A stretch of DNA of 41,676 nucleotides from a virus (IMGVR_UViG_3300037515_000203:1-41676); one strand, 5' to 3'. Numbered from the stretch's first letter, positions 10,231-19,838 are shown. A program made the numbers and translations. The notes: a model not told the origin generated them from the letters alone.

Positions 10231-10512
10231 ATGGCCGAGCAACAACTGCCTGCGCTCTTCAAGGGCGCGACGCACCGCCACCTGGGGACCGGCGAGCCGG
10301 TCAAGGCAGTGCAATGGAAAAAGGACGGCGATCATCCCAAGGTCGAGCGCTATCCGATCGAGAAACGCAGCTACAAAGGGCTCCTCATCGCCGGCGAGAA
10401 GGATAGCTACGCCCTCCGCTTCGGCGACTGGGTGGTCGAAACGGAAAGCGGCAAGCTCCGGGTCGTCAATGCCGGCCGCTTCGAATCGCAGTATAAGCCT
10501 GTGGGGGCCTGA
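10231..10512 (+). CDS. Hypothetical protein
   Basis: GGAGG RBS; VKAVQW...GDWVV...F...Y pattern common in small phage proteins. Confidence 0.7.
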   Translation: MAEQQLPALFKGATHRHLGTGEPVKAVQWKKDGDHPKVERYPIEKRSYKGLLIAGEKDSYALRFGDWVVETESGKLRVVNAGRFESQYKPVGA

Positions 10513-10513
10513 C

Positions 10514-11038
10514 ATGAAAAGACTCGGATTGCTGCTTGCGCTGCTCGTCGCCGTCTATTGGGAGCGTTTCCTCGCCTTCGGCGTGACGCATCTCATGTAC
10601 TACTCGGCACTCCTCGGACAGTGGAACGGTCTCGCCAACGCCGTGTTCGATCTCGATACCGACGAGATGTGGGTGAGCGCGCACACGAACACCTACACCC
10701 CGAACCAGGACACGCACGACTTTTATAACGATGTGACCAATGAGGTAACCGGAAACAACTACGTCGCCGGCGGCGCGCTCCTGACGAGCGTGACCGTCAG
10801 CCGGTCGACGAACACGGTCACTTTCGATGCGGCGGACGTCGTCTGGAGCCAGGATGCAGGCGGATTTTCCACCGCGCGCAAGTTCGTGATTTATCGAAAA
10901 GGACCGGGCTCCCCGATCGAGAGCTCGGTCTCCAGGCTGTTCAGCGTAGTGACCGCGGACGCGGATGTCGGCAACGTGACCGGTGATCTGACGCTCGCCT
11001 GGAACGCCAGCGGAATCGCGACCTGGTCGACGACCTGA
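10514..11038 (+). CDS. Putative virion structural protein (beta-rich) with hydrophobic N-terminus
   Basis: NEVTG.NY.AGG, FDAADV.W, LAWNASGI pattern seen in phage minor structural proteins. Confidence 0.6.
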   Translation: MKRLGLLLALLVAVYWERFLAFGVTHLMYYSALLGQWNGLANAVFDLDTDEMWVSAHTNTYTPNQDTHDFYNDVTNEVTGNNYVAGGALLTSVTVSRSTNTVTFDAADVVWSQDAGGFSTARKFVIYRKGPGSPIESSVSRLFSVVTADADVGNVTGDLTLAWNASGIATWSTT

Positions 11039-11146
11039 TCGCAGCGTTAAGGCGTTCACGCGCGCAGGACACGAGAGTCCCGCTGGAGCGCGATCGGGCA
11101 ATTGCACGATGCGAACTACGGGCCGGATCACACGCGGGGATAAGTC

Positions 11147-11212
11147 ATGCCGCTTCAGGACTGGAACGACAAGGCTGGTGACCTGATGCTCACCTGGATG
11201 CCTGATTTATGA
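11147..11212 (+). other. 21-aa mini-ORF (MPLQDWNDKAGDLMLTWMPDL), possibly a truncated gene
   Basis: GGGGA upstream; its TGA overlaps ATG 11209; sits at the start of a lower-GC block. Confidence 0.35.
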
Positions 11213-11670
11213 GCTTTACTGTCACGGTTGGTCACGCCCAGAAAGATGGCCGCAAGTACGTGCTTGAGGTCCATTCAGACGCTCAGGGTGAGTTCACGCG
11301 CGTCGAGTACCTCGCCGAACCGGACGCGGATTTCAACGCGATAGCGCTTGCGCGCGAGCCGGTGCTGCTGGAATCGATGGCTCAATCTGATCTCGATCAG
11401 GCGATTGCCGATGAGGTAATGCCACGGTTGCGCTTTTTCGACGTGAACGGATTGGTCGCGCGGATACGTGAATTATTCAGAAATAATGAGCGCGAGCGGT
11501 TGTGCGAGATTGCCCACTGGATTCTTGAGCGCATCAATGCCGGAGACTTGACTGATCTCCAGGTGCGCGAGGCTTTCGGGCTTACTCCCGGTCAGTACAA
11601 TGCGTTGAAGAGCCGGATCAGTGCCTTGGCGGCGGCGCTCGATACTGTGCGCGGGGCTAAAGGTGAATAG
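11209..11670 (+). CDS. Hypothetical protein
   Basis: 153-aa ORF within the operon, abutting the next gene. Confidence 0.7.
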   Translation: MSFTVTVGHAQKDGRKYVLEVHSDAQGEFTRVEYLAEPDADFNAIALAREPVLLESMAQSDLDQAIADEVMPRLRFFDVNGLVARIRELFRNNERERLCEIAHWILERINAGDLTDLQVREAFGLTPGQYNALKSRISALAAALDTVRGAKGE

Positions 11671-12998
11671 TGGCTGACAGATACGTTGATTCGAATGCCG
11701 CTGGCGCCGCCGACGGCACAACCTGGGCGGATGCCTTCACGACGCTTGCGGCTGCAGCTGCGGTTGATGTTGCGGGCGATAACATCTGGGTGGCGAGCGA
11801 TCACTCGGAGAGCACGGCTGGGAACGTGCTGCTCTCATGGGCCGGTACTGCTGCTTCACCGACTCGGATTATCAGCGCAGATAAGACGAGCGGTGCGCCG
11901 CCAGCCACCATGCAAGCTGGGGCGTCTGTGGCGGCCACAGGCGCTAACAATATCACGGTTTTCAATAGCGGGTTCGGCTATGCCTTCGGCATTACATTCG
12001 GTGCCGGTAACGGCGGAACCACTGGATTTGTGTCTGTCAATGGATCAACAGGAGATGTGGTCTGCGAGCAATGTAGTTTTAAGTTAGTGGGGTCTGGGGC
12101 AACGGCCCGTATCAATTTGTCGAACAATCCCGGCGGAAAATCCAAGCTCGTAGACTGCACATTCAAGTTCGCCAGCACGTCCCAAGCAATAAGAAGCGGA
12201 ACGCTGACCGGAACGAGCGCACAGGTTACTGGTGGGAGCATTCTTTCAGGCGGCTCCGCAATCGCGCAACTGCTAAATCCATCTGACGGGCAGACATTTC
12301 TCTTCGATGGCTTCGATCTATCGAACGCAGCGGCAACCGCAGACATTGTATCCGGCACATCCGAGAACGTCTTTGTAACGCTAAGAAACTGCAAACTTCC
12401 AGCGTCATGGTCTGGCAACCTGTGCAGCGCAGTCATCGGGGTTGGCAGCATTATCAATCTGCATGGCACGGATTCGACGGACACGAATTACAGACTCGCG
12501 AAAGGGACGATATATGGCAATGTAGTCCACGAAACGACGCTCGTGCGCTCCGATGGCGCATCAGACGGAACTACGTCTTTATCTTGGAATATGACGAGTA
12601 CAGCGGATGCGGAATGGAACCACCAGACGCTCGATTCTCCCGAGATCGTCCGTTGGAACGAGACCGTCGGCTCTGCGATCACTGCGACCATAGAGATCTT
12701 GCACGACTCAGCGACCAACATTCAGGATGATGAAATCTGGATGGAAATGCAATATCTGGGGACGAGCGGGGTACCGTTGAGCCTGTTCGTGGATGATGCT
12801 GCGGCCGACTATCTCGCGACGCCCGCCGATCAAGCGGATTCGAGCGCGAGTTGGACGACAACCGGAATGACCAATCCCAACACGCAGAAGCTCAGCGTCA
12901 CCTTTACTCCACAGGAGAAGGGCTTCATCCATGCGGTGGTGAAGCTGGCGAAGGCGTCCTATACGGTTTACGTTGATCCGAAGATCACGGTGAGTTGA
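11670..12998 (+). CDS. Putative virion appendage or carbohydrate-interacting protein (beta-helix-like)
   Basis: N-terminal YVDS.A.GA.DGTTWADAFTTL..A motif typical of right-handed beta-helix proteins; G/S/T-rich; AT-richer codons. Confidence 0.55.
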   Translation: MADRYVDSNAAGAADGTTWADAFTTLAAAAAVDVAGDNIWVASDHSESTAGNVLLSWAGTAASPTRIISADKTSGAPPATMQAGASVAATGANNITVFNSGFGYAFGITFGAGNGGTTGFVSVNGSTGDVVCEQCSFKLVGSGATARINLSNNPGGKSKLVDCTFKFASTSQAIRSGTLTGTSAQVTGGSILSGGSAIAQLLNPSDGQTFLFDGFDLSNAAATADIVSGTSENVFVTLRNCKLPASWSGNLCSAVIGVGSIINLHGTDSTDTNYRLAKGTIYGNVVHETTLVRSDGASDGTTSLSWNMTSTADAEWNHQTLDSPEIVRWNETVGSAITATIEILHDSATNIQDDEIWMEMQYLGTSGVPLSLFVDDAAADYLATPADQADSSASWTTTGMTNPNTQKLSVTFTPQEKGFIHAVVKLAKASYTVYVDPKITVS

Positions 12999-14296
12999 TG
13001 GCCGACCGGCAGGCACAGATACCGGGCGGAGCGTACTTCAACGATGTAGAGGAAGCCTCGCTCTCTCAACGCCAGATACCGGGGTTTCAGTATGTCAATG
13101 AAACCCAGGAGGCGGCGGGGGGCGAGACCGTCGCGCCAGGAGTTGTCAGTCACACCTATACCGCTCAGGCGCCGAAAGTGAGCGCGGCGGTTGCGCCGGG
13201 AGAGGTCACTCATAGCTACACCGCGCAGACGCCGAAGGTGAGCGCAGCGGTCGCACCGGGCGAGGTGACGCACAGCTACACCGCCCAGGCACCGCAGGTG
13301 CGGGCGGCTGTCATGCCGAGCGAGGTGATGCACGCCTACAGCGCCGAGACGCCGGCAGTGACGGCCGGTGCGTCGGTGCAGCCGGGCGCCGTGGTGCACA
13401 CGTACACCGCGCTTGCCCCGAAGGCCTCGGCGAGTATCGCGCCGGGCCAGGTCACGCACACGTACACCGCGGAGGCCCCGAAGGTAAGCGCAGCGGTTGC
13501 GGCGGGCGAACTGACGCACAGCTACACCGCGCAGGCGCCGAAGGTGAGCGCAGCCGTTGCGCCTGCCGAAGTCACGCACAGCTACACCGCCCAGGCGCCG
13601 CAGGCGCGGGCCGCCGTGATGCCGGGCGAAGTGACGCAAGCCTATAGCGCCGAGACGCCGGCGGTGACGGCCGGCGCGTCGGTGCAGCCGGGCGCTGTGG
13701 TGCACACGTATACCGCGCTCACCCCGAAGGCCTCGGCGAGTGTGGCGCCGGACGAGGCAGCGCACAGCTACAGCGCCGAGACGCCCGCGGTGGGCGCGGG
13801 CGCGTCGGTCGCGCCGCCGGAAGCGATGCATGTCTACAGCGCGGGCGCGCCGCAGCTCCAGGCGAGCGTCATGCCGGAGGAGGCGACACACGCATACGAT
13901 GCGCTGGCCCCGCGCACGAACCTGGATGTCCAAGTTTCGGAAGTCGAGCATGCTTACATGGCGGGCGCGCCGCAACTCCAGGCGAGCGTTATGCCGCAGG
14001 AGGCGACGCACGCATACGACGCGCTGGCCCCGCGCACGAACCTGGACGTCCAAGTCGCGGAAGTCGAGCACAGCTACACGGCCGTCGTCCCGGCGATCCC
14101 GCTCCGGGTGGCGGCGCCCGCGGTGACGCACATCTATAGCGGGTTGGCGCCGGATTTTGCCGGGCCGGTATCGCCCGGCGTCATCACCTCGAGCAATCGG
14201 ACGCGCGGTACCGTGACGGCATCAGACACGGCGCGGTCGACGACGAGCAGCGCCGCGCGCCTTGGAAGCATTACGAAGTCTGACGGACCCACCTGA
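12998..14296 (+). CDS. Repeat-rich putative fibre/virion protein
   Basis: About 17 copies of a ~20-aa unit, consensus VAPGEVTHSYTAQAPKVSAA. Confidence 0.7.
   Translation: MADRQAQIPGGAYFNDVEEASLSQRQIPGFQYVNETQEAAGGETVAPGVVSHTYTAQAPKVSAAVAPGEVTHSYTAQTPKVSAAVAPGEVTHSYTAQAPQVRAAVMPSEVMHAYSAETPAVTAGASVQPGAVVHTYTALAPKASASIAPGQVTHTYTAEAPKVSAAVAAGELTHSYTAQAPKVSAAVAPAEVTHSYTAQAPQARAAVMPGEVTQAYSAETPAVTAGASVQPGAVVHTYTALTPKASASVAPDEAAHSYSAETPAVGAGASVAPPEAMHVYSAGAPQLQASVMPEEATHAYDALAPRTNLDVQVSEVEHAYMAGAPQLQASVMPQEATHAYDALAPRTNLDVQVAEVEHSYTAVVPAIPLRVAAPAVTHIYSGLAPDFAGPVSPGVITSSNRTRGTVTASDTARSTTSSAARLGSITKSDGPT
13129..14150 (+). repeat. Degenerate ~60-bp coding tandem repeat with higher-order duplications
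   Basis: Five-unit block duplicated about 303 nt apart; 120-bp duplication at 13841 and 13961. Confidence 0.85.
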
Positions 14297-14334
14297 CAAA
14301 GGCAGAAGTCAGGAGTCAGAAGGCAGAAAACGAC

Positions 14335-14634
14335 GTGGGGATCAACGTTCATCACAAGGGCGATCTCGTCCGGGTATCCGGGGTGTTCAAGGATATCAAC
14401 GGCACCGAAGTCGACCCGACGACGATCACGCTCAAGGTGCTCGATCCGTCCGGCAACGAGACGAGCTACGGCTACGGCGAATCGCCCGAGACCGTCGAGC
14501 GCGACTCGACGGGGAATTTTCACGTCGACGTCGAGGCCGACGAGGCGGGGGACTGGTTCTACTGGTGGGAATCCACCGGGGCCGGCCAGGGCGCCGAGCC
14601 CGGGCAGTGGGTGGTCGAGCCGACGGCATTCTGA
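14335..14634 (+). CDS. Small Ig-like/BppU-like virion protein
   Basis: GD.VR....F.D..G..VDP....L.V.DPSG...G.W.Y.W pattern. Confidence 0.55.
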   Translation: MGINVHHKGDLVRVSGVFKDINGTEVDPTTITLKVLDPSGNETSYGYGESPETVERDSTGNFHVDVEADEAGDWFYWWESTGAGQGAEPGQWVVEPTAF

Positions 14635-15209
14635 TGCGGCGTGGGTGGTTCATCATCCCCGGCGTGCAGACGGGCGATCGCACGATCGAGGAGCAGATGA
14701 CTGGCGTCACGCCGGCGCTGGCGGAGGCCTCGGGCAAGACGGTGCTGGATCTGGGGTGCGCCGAGGGCCTGGTCGGGCGGGAATTCGCGCTGGCGGCCGC
14801 CAAGTCGGTGCATGGGGTGGACAGCATCGAAGATCACCTCGCCTGCGCGCGCAAGCAGTGCCGCGGCTTGCCGATGACATTCGAGCACGCGAACCTGAAC
14901 GAATGGATACCGCCGCAGCTCGAGAACGGAACGATCCAGCGCTACGACATCGTGCTCTCGCTTGGGGTCGCCCACAAAATGATGTTCCCGGAGCTCGGTG
15001 TGAGGTTCTCCGCGCGTGCCTGCGACGACCTGTGCCTGATCCGTGTATCAGCCTATGAGGAAGCGCGTGACGGGCTGATTCGCAGCAAGCATTTCCGGAC
15101 GAACACCTGCAGCGTGTTCGAAGTGATGCCTGAGGAAGGGTTCGAGCTGCAGACGATACTGCCGGGGCCGCGCGACGAAACGGTCCATTACTGGCGGCGG
15201 AAACGGTGA
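14634..15209 (+). CDS. Class I SAM-dependent methyltransferase
   Basis: VLDLGCAEG motif I, VHGVD motif II, YDIVL. Confidence 0.85.
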   Translation: MRRGWFIIPGVQTGDRTIEEQMTGVTPALAEASGKTVLDLGCAEGLVGREFALAAAKSVHGVDSIEDHLACARKQCRGLPMTFEHANLNEWIPPQLENGTIQRYDIVLSLGVAHKMMFPELGVRFSARACDDLCLIRVSAYEEARDGLIRSKHFRTNTCSVFEVMPEEGFELQTILPGPRDETVHYWRRKR

Positions 15210-15817
15210 TTTTTCTGCCGTCGCGCGGGCGGCGAGCGCTGCTCGAGGAGTTTTTACGGGATTGCCGGCCAGTGCTTCCGGGGCGCGTTCTGATCGATGA
15301 GGACGATCGGGGCACTTATGCGGGAATGCAGCTGCCTCGGAACTGGGACTGGATGATCGGGGAACGCGCCGGCCTCGTCGAGATCCAGAACAGGGCCTGG
15401 CGCTCATTCCCCGACGAACCGTGGTATGCCGTCTGCGGCGACGATCTGCGATTCACGCCCCCGGGATGGGATTCGATTTTGTCAACGGCGGCTGGGCGGC
15501 ATCATGTCGCATGGGCCGATGATGGCGTCAAGCGAGACCGGCTGTGCACCGCCTACTTTGTCGGCGGGGATCTCGTGCGCGCGATGGGCTGGTTGGCGCA
15601 TCCCGCATTCGGACATCTGTATGCGGACACTGTGTGGTGGGAGATCGCGACCCGTGGAGGCCTCGCCCGGTATCAGCCCCAAGTCAAAATGCGCCACATT
15701 CGGTTGCCAGACCGGACATTTGCAGAGCGCAGAATCGCGGGGGATCGAGAGCGATTCATCGAGTTGCGGAGTTCTTCGCTGCCCGCTCTTATCGAAAAGG
15801 CGCGCGTGCTGTGCTGA
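15206..15817 (+). CDS. Putative GT-A glycosyltransferase (GT2-like)
   Basis: LPSRGR start, GDD (DxD-like) motif, HLYAD motif. Confidence 0.6.
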   Translation: MIFLPSRGRRALLEEFLRDCRPVLPGRVLIDEDDRGTYAGMQLPRNWDWMIGERAGLVEIQNRAWRSFPDEPWYAVCGDDLRFTPPGWDSILSTAAGRHHVAWADDGVKRDRLCTAYFVGGDLVRAMGWLAHPAFGHLYADTVWWEIATRGGLARYQPQVKMRHIRLPDRTFAERRIAGDRERFIELRSSSLPALIEKARVLC

Positions 15818-16374
15818 CGGTGGTCTGCGTCGAGACGGGGAATTATCTCTGTCGCGGCGCGGAATATGTCGAGAAATTAGCGGTGATGGTTGGGCGGCAT
15901 CTGACGGCACCGTATCGGTTTGAGTGCTTGCGGCCGGACACCGGCCTCGAAGGATGGTGGAACAAGGTCGAGCTCTTCCGGCCCCGGCGATTCTGTGGGC
16001 GAGTGCTCTATCTCGACCTCGATACGGTGATCGTCGGGCCGATCGACGAACTCGTCGAGCATAAGGGTTGTCTGCATCTGGATCGCTGGGGCTGGACAGA
16101 GAAGGTTTACGGCTCCGGCGTCATGGTGTGGGACGCCGGCGAGCACGCGGAAGTGTTCGAGCGCTTTACGCCGGAGGTGCCGAAACGCTATCGCGGGGAC
16201 CAGGACTGGATGACGTCTCTCGGCGGCTGGGACGCACTGCCGGACGGAATCTGCGTCTCGTATCGCTATCACAGCATCGGCGGGCCGCCGAAGGGGGCAT
16301 CCGTGGTGTGCTTCCACGGAATACCGAAGCCGCATGAGTTCACCTCGGGATGGGTCGCGGAGGCGTGGCGTTGA
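15811..16374 (+). CDS. Putative GT-A glycosyltransferase (GT8-like)
   Basis: GWWNK, LYLDLD (DxD), GDQDW, FHG.PKP motifs. Confidence 0.8.
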   Translation: MLTVVCVETGNYLCRGAEYVEKLAVMVGRHLTAPYRFECLRPDTGLEGWWNKVELFRPRRFCGRVLYLDLDTVIVGPIDELVEHKGCLHLDRWGWTEKVYGSGVMVWDAGEHAEVFERFTPEVPKRYRGDQDWMTSLGGWDALPDGICVSYRYHSIGGPPKGASVVCFHGIPKPHEFTSGWVAEAWR

Positions 16375-17166
16375 ATGGGCTGGGGCGACGAGCTGATGGT
16401 TACCGGCCAGGTGCGGGTGATGCAGGAGTCAGATCCGCGCAAGGTGCGGATCATCTATGAACGCTCTCGCTGGCATGAGGCCTGGAACGGAAATCCCCGG
16501 ATCGCGCGGCCGGAGGAGAAGGGGGATTTTCAGGAGTTGAGGCCGCGGACGGATTGGCTGCGGCCGTACTGCCAGGAAAAACGGCCCGACCGCTGGATCT
16601 GGAAACCCTACCAGCCGCCCGTCGGGGAGCTTTATTTGAGCGAGGAGGAAATGGCATTCGGTGAGCGCCACGCCGGGAGAATCATCCTCGAGCCGCATCT
16701 CAAACCCGGCGCGAGCCCGAACAAGCAATTGGGCTGGGTGCGATGGAACAAGCTCGCCTGGCTGATCCGCGAGCATCTCGGTCTGTCGGTCACGCAGATC
16801 GGATCGGGGAGCGTGCCGGTGCTCGATGGCGCGGAACACATCGGCACGAAAACGATGCGGCACGCGGCGGCGGTCATCGCCCGGGCTCGTGCGGTCGTGG
16901 TTCCAGAGGGTGGCCTGCACCACGTCGCCGCTGCGGTTGAGGCGCCGGCGGTGGTGATCTACGGCGGCTACATCTCGCCGGCGGTGACGGGATACCGGGG
17001 GCAGCGGCCGTTCTTTATCGGAGGTGAGCGCTATCCACTCGGCTGCGGGATGCGCGTGCCGTGCGAGCACTGCAAGGCGGCGATGGCGTCGATCGTGCCG
17101 GAGGCCGTTTTTGAACAACTGACGGAGATCCTGAATGTTCGAACATCAAGCGATCTGGTTGCCTGA
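16375..17166 (+). CDS. Putative GT9 (heptosyltransferase-like) glycosyltransferase
   Basis: MGWGDELM N-terminus, EGGLHHVAAA, AVVIYGG, C-terminal C..C..C..AM..I motif. Confidence 0.75.
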   Translation: MGWGDELMVTGQVRVMQESDPRKVRIIYERSRWHEAWNGNPRIARPEEKGDFQELRPRTDWLRPYCQEKRPDRWIWKPYQPPVGELYLSEEEMAFGERHAGRIILEPHLKPGASPNKQLGWVRWNKLAWLIREHLGLSVTQIGSGSVPVLDGAEHIGTKTMRHAAAVIARARAVVVPEGGLHHVAAAVEAPAVVIYGGYISPAVTGYRGQRPFFIGGERYPLGCGMRVPCEHCKAAMASIVPEAVFEQLTEILNVRTSSDLVA

Positions 17167-17791
17167 CGGCGAGAAGCACTTTCCGGAGTGGATGGATCGC
17201 AACGGGGAGATGGTCGACGGCAAGGGCACGTACCAGATCAAGAAGTGGCGCGCCTGCATCCCGCATATCAAGCAGTGGCGCGTCGCAGTAGACGTCGGCG
17301 CGCACGTCGGATTGTGGTCGATGCAGATGACGAAACGATTCGAGAACGTGTTCGCCTTCGAGCCGGTCAACGCGTTTCGCGAGTGTTTCTACAAGAACGC
17401 CTGGATGCGCGGGGTGAAGCTCTTCCCGTACGCCCTTGGCGCCGCTCCCGGCCGCGTGGCCATGAAGACGCCGCCGCTCGAGGGGGGACTGGACACCGGC
17501 GGAACGCACGTCTGCGGCGACGGAGACATCGAGATGCGCACGCTCGACTCGTTCAACTTGCAGCACGTCGACTTTGTGAAGATCGATTGCGAGGGCTATG
17601 AGCTTCAGGTCGTAGAAGGAGCGGTCGAGACGCTGAAGCGCTGGAAGCCGTGTGTGATCGTTGAGCAGAAGGCGCACAAGCTGGCGGTGAATTTCGGGAT
17701 CAAGGGCACGCCAGCCGCCGATTTCGTGATGGGGCTCGGCGCGTCGCTGCGCCACGTATTGAGCGGCGACTACATCCTGTCGTGGGACTAG
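17135..17791 (+). CDS. FkbM-family methyltransferase
   Basis: VDVGAHVG, AFEP, TLDS, KIDCEGYE..V.EGA motifs. Confidence 0.9.
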   Translation: MFEHQAIWLPDGEKHFPEWMDRNGEMVDGKGTYQIKKWRACIPHIKQWRVAVDVGAHVGLWSMQMTKRFENVFAFEPVNAFRECFYKNAWMRGVKLFPYALGAAPGRVAMKTPPLEGGLDTGGTHVCGDGDIEMRTLDSFNLQHVDFVKIDCEGYELQVVEGAVETLKRWKPCVIVEQKAHKLAVNFGIKGTPAADFVMGLGASLRHVLSGDYILSWD

Positions 17792-17793
17792 AC

Positions 17794-18522
17794 ATGCGGG
17801 CGCTCTATTCCCTGAGCCGTTCTATCGCGAGCTTCGACTTTTACAGTTGGCTGGTGATGGCGAAGGCGCGCGGAGCGACCGAGATCGTGATCGATACCGC
17901 GAATCCGAGGACATCGAAATGGGACCTGGAAACGGTATTGCGCAGGATCTCGAGCATCATCCTGCCCGGTCCCGCCTTCGCGGGGCTCCGGTGTTCAATC
18001 GGAAATGAGGGCGGCTATTTCGGCGAGCCGAACATGTCGCATCTCGTGCAATTCTGCCGGGACGGCCATCAGTTCGAGCGGCTGCAAGCACCGCAAAAGA
18101 GGCGGGGCGGGCCACGCTATACCGTAACCCTGCGGCGCACCGCTCGCCGGCCGGAGCGCAACTCGAATGAGACTGCCTGGCGCGCGTTCGCAGACGAAAT
18201 CGGAGCGCTGATCTTCGAGGATTTCGATGTGGCGCCGGTGCCGCTAAAAGAACGGATGGCGCTCTATGCAGGGGCCGAAATGAATTTCGGCGTGACAAAC
18301 GGGCCGATGCACCTGTGCAGCCTCACGCCTTATCCGATGATGATGTTTGCGTGCGACAAGGCTGCCGGAGCGTTCGCCAACTGCGGTATCGGATTCGGGG
18401 AACAGTATCCGTGGGCGAGCCCCGACCAGCGGCTGGTGTGGGAAGGCGATGAACTGAGTATCATGCGGCGCATCTTCGAGGAATGGCGACATTGCAGGCG
18501 GGAAAGCTGCGCCACAGCGTGA
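17794..18522 (+). CDS. Putative GT-B-like glycan-modifying protein
   Basis: R...RNS and ALY.GA.MNFGV.NGPMHL, reminiscent of GT9-type C-terminal domains; cluster context. Confidence 0.45.
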   Translation: MRALYSLSRSIASFDFYSWLVMAKARGATEIVIDTANPRTSKWDLETVLRRISSIILPGPAFAGLRCSIGNEGGYFGEPNMSHLVQFCRDGHQFERLQAPQKRRGGPRYTVTLRRTARRPERNSNETAWRAFADEIGALIFEDFDVAPVPLKERMALYAGAEMNFGVTNGPMHLCSLTPYPMMMFACDKAAGAFANCGIGFGEQYPWASPDQRLVWEGDELSIMRRIFEEWRHCRRESCATA

Positions 18523-18716
18523 CGATCCAGCAGCTCGTCGCCGGCAGTCCGCAGCAGACCGCGAGCGGCCAGCCGGATGAGAGCTGGACGATGCTTGCGA
18601 CGTGCTGGGCGAGCGTCGAGCCGCTGAACGGCCGGGAGCTGTTCGCAGCGCCATGGACTACTTGCGGGGCCTCGGCGCACAGCTCCGCCAGGTCATCTCT
18701 GGCGACTACATCATGA
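18483..18716 (+). pseudogene. Truncated head-closure (head-tail adaptor) gene
   Basis: AGKLRHSVTIQ...W.....WASVEPLNGRELFAA is the N-terminal half of a head-closure protein; similarity stops at about 18650; an intact paralogue follows. Confidence 0.8.
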
Positions 18717-18727
18717 GCTGGGACTGA
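18650..18727 (+). pseudogene. Orphan 3' end of a second FkbM methyltransferase
   Basis: Reads AMDYLRGLGAQLRQVISGDYIMSWD*, 17/25 identical to the C-terminus of 17135-17791 (AADFVMGLGASLRHVLSGDYILSWD*). Confidence 0.85.
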
Positions 18728-18731
18728 CGCC

Positions 18732-19043
18732 ATGATGGCCGGCAAACTCGATCGGCGGATCGTGATCAAGACGCCGACGGTGACGCAGGACAGTCACGGG
18801 GGCAAGGTGACGACGTGGACGACGCTGGCCACGGTCTACGCGAGCGTGACGCACCTCAAGGGCCGCGAGCACCTAGTGGGAGGGCAGTTCACGCCCGAGG
18901 CCGAAGTCAAGTTCCGGCTGCGCTACCGGTCGGACTTCGATGAGAGTGCGCAAATCACGCACGACGGGGTCGCCTACGACATCTTACACATCGCCGAGAT
19001 CGGGCGCAGGCGCGGGCTCGAAGTGCTCGCCAAGAAGCCATGA
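18732..19043 (+). CDS. Head-closure protein (SPP1 gp16-like)
   Basis: AGKLDRRI.I, W.TLATVYA.V..L.GRE, F.LRYR, YDI..I motifs. Confidence 0.88.
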   Translation: MMAGKLDRRIVIKTPTVTQDSHGGKVTTWTTLATVYASVTHLKGREHLVGGQFTPEAEVKFRLRYRSDFDESAQITHDGVAYDILHIAEIGRRRGLEVLAKKP

Positions 19044-19486
19044 TCGAGCTAAAGATCGAAGGACTGGATGAGCTGCGGCGCGCGCTGCTCCAATTACCGA
19101 AAGAACTTCGCAAGGGGCCACTGCGGTCCGCGGTGTCGGCGGGCGCGCGGATAGTGCAGCGCAAGGCCGCGGAGCTCGCCCCGATCGACGAAGGAACGCT
19201 CAAGAAGGCGATCTACCGCACGCGCAGCCGCGAGGGATCGAGCAGCGTGCAGGAAATGGCCATCGTCGGGGTTCGCTACGGGAAACGCTTCCGGCGTCGC
19301 GGGCTCGACGCATGGTACTGGCGGTTCATCGAGTTCGGCACACGCAAGATGCGTGCGCGGCCCTTCATGCGGCCGGCCTTCGAGCAGACGAAGCCGGAGC
19401 AGCTCGAGGCGATCCGGAAGCGCCTCGGGGCGGCCATAGAGCGCGCTGCGGCGAAGCTGAGGGTAAGGATACGCGGACGTGGTTGA
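19040..19486 (+). CDS. HK97 gp10-like tail-completion protein
   Basis: IEGLDEL, AP.D.G.LK, YWRFIEFGT.KM.ARPFMRPAF. Confidence 0.9.
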   Translation: MIELKIEGLDELRRALLQLPKELRKGPLRSAVSAGARIVQRKAAELAPIDEGTLKKAIYRTRSREGSSSVQEMAIVGVRYGKRFRRRGLDAWYWRFIEFGTRKMRARPFMRPAFEQTKPEQLEAIRKRLGAAIERAAAKLRVRIRGRG

Positions 19487-19838
19487 GGAGGACATCCTCG
19501 CCGCGCTGACTGGCTCGCCGCCAGCGACGAGCGCGGGCGACAATGTCTATGCGCTCGTGCTGCCGGATGGCACGGACTACCCGGCCCTCACGTACCAGCG
19601 CATCTCGACCGTGCCGGTCAATTCGCTCGCGGGATCGAGCGGGCTTGACCAGGTGCGCGTGCAGATCGATTGCTGGGCGGCGACCTACGGCGCGGCAAAG
19701 GCGCTCGCCGACGAGGTGCGGCCGGTGATGGAAGCGGCCGCCTTCAAGGGGCTGCTCGTCACCGATACCGACGACTACGACGAAGTCACGCGGCTCTACC
19801 GCATATCGATGGACTTTTACTGCTGGCAAAAGGAGTGA
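19479..19838 (+). CDS. Tail terminator (DUF3168-like)
   Basis: YPALTYQRIS, RVQIDCWA.TY..A..LA motifs. Confidence 0.85.
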   Translation: MVEEDILAALTGSPPATSAGDNVYALVLPDGTDYPALTYQRISTVPVNSLAGSSGLDQVRVQIDCWAATYGAAKALADEVRPVMEAAAFKGLLVTDTDDYDEVTRLYRISMDFYCWQKE

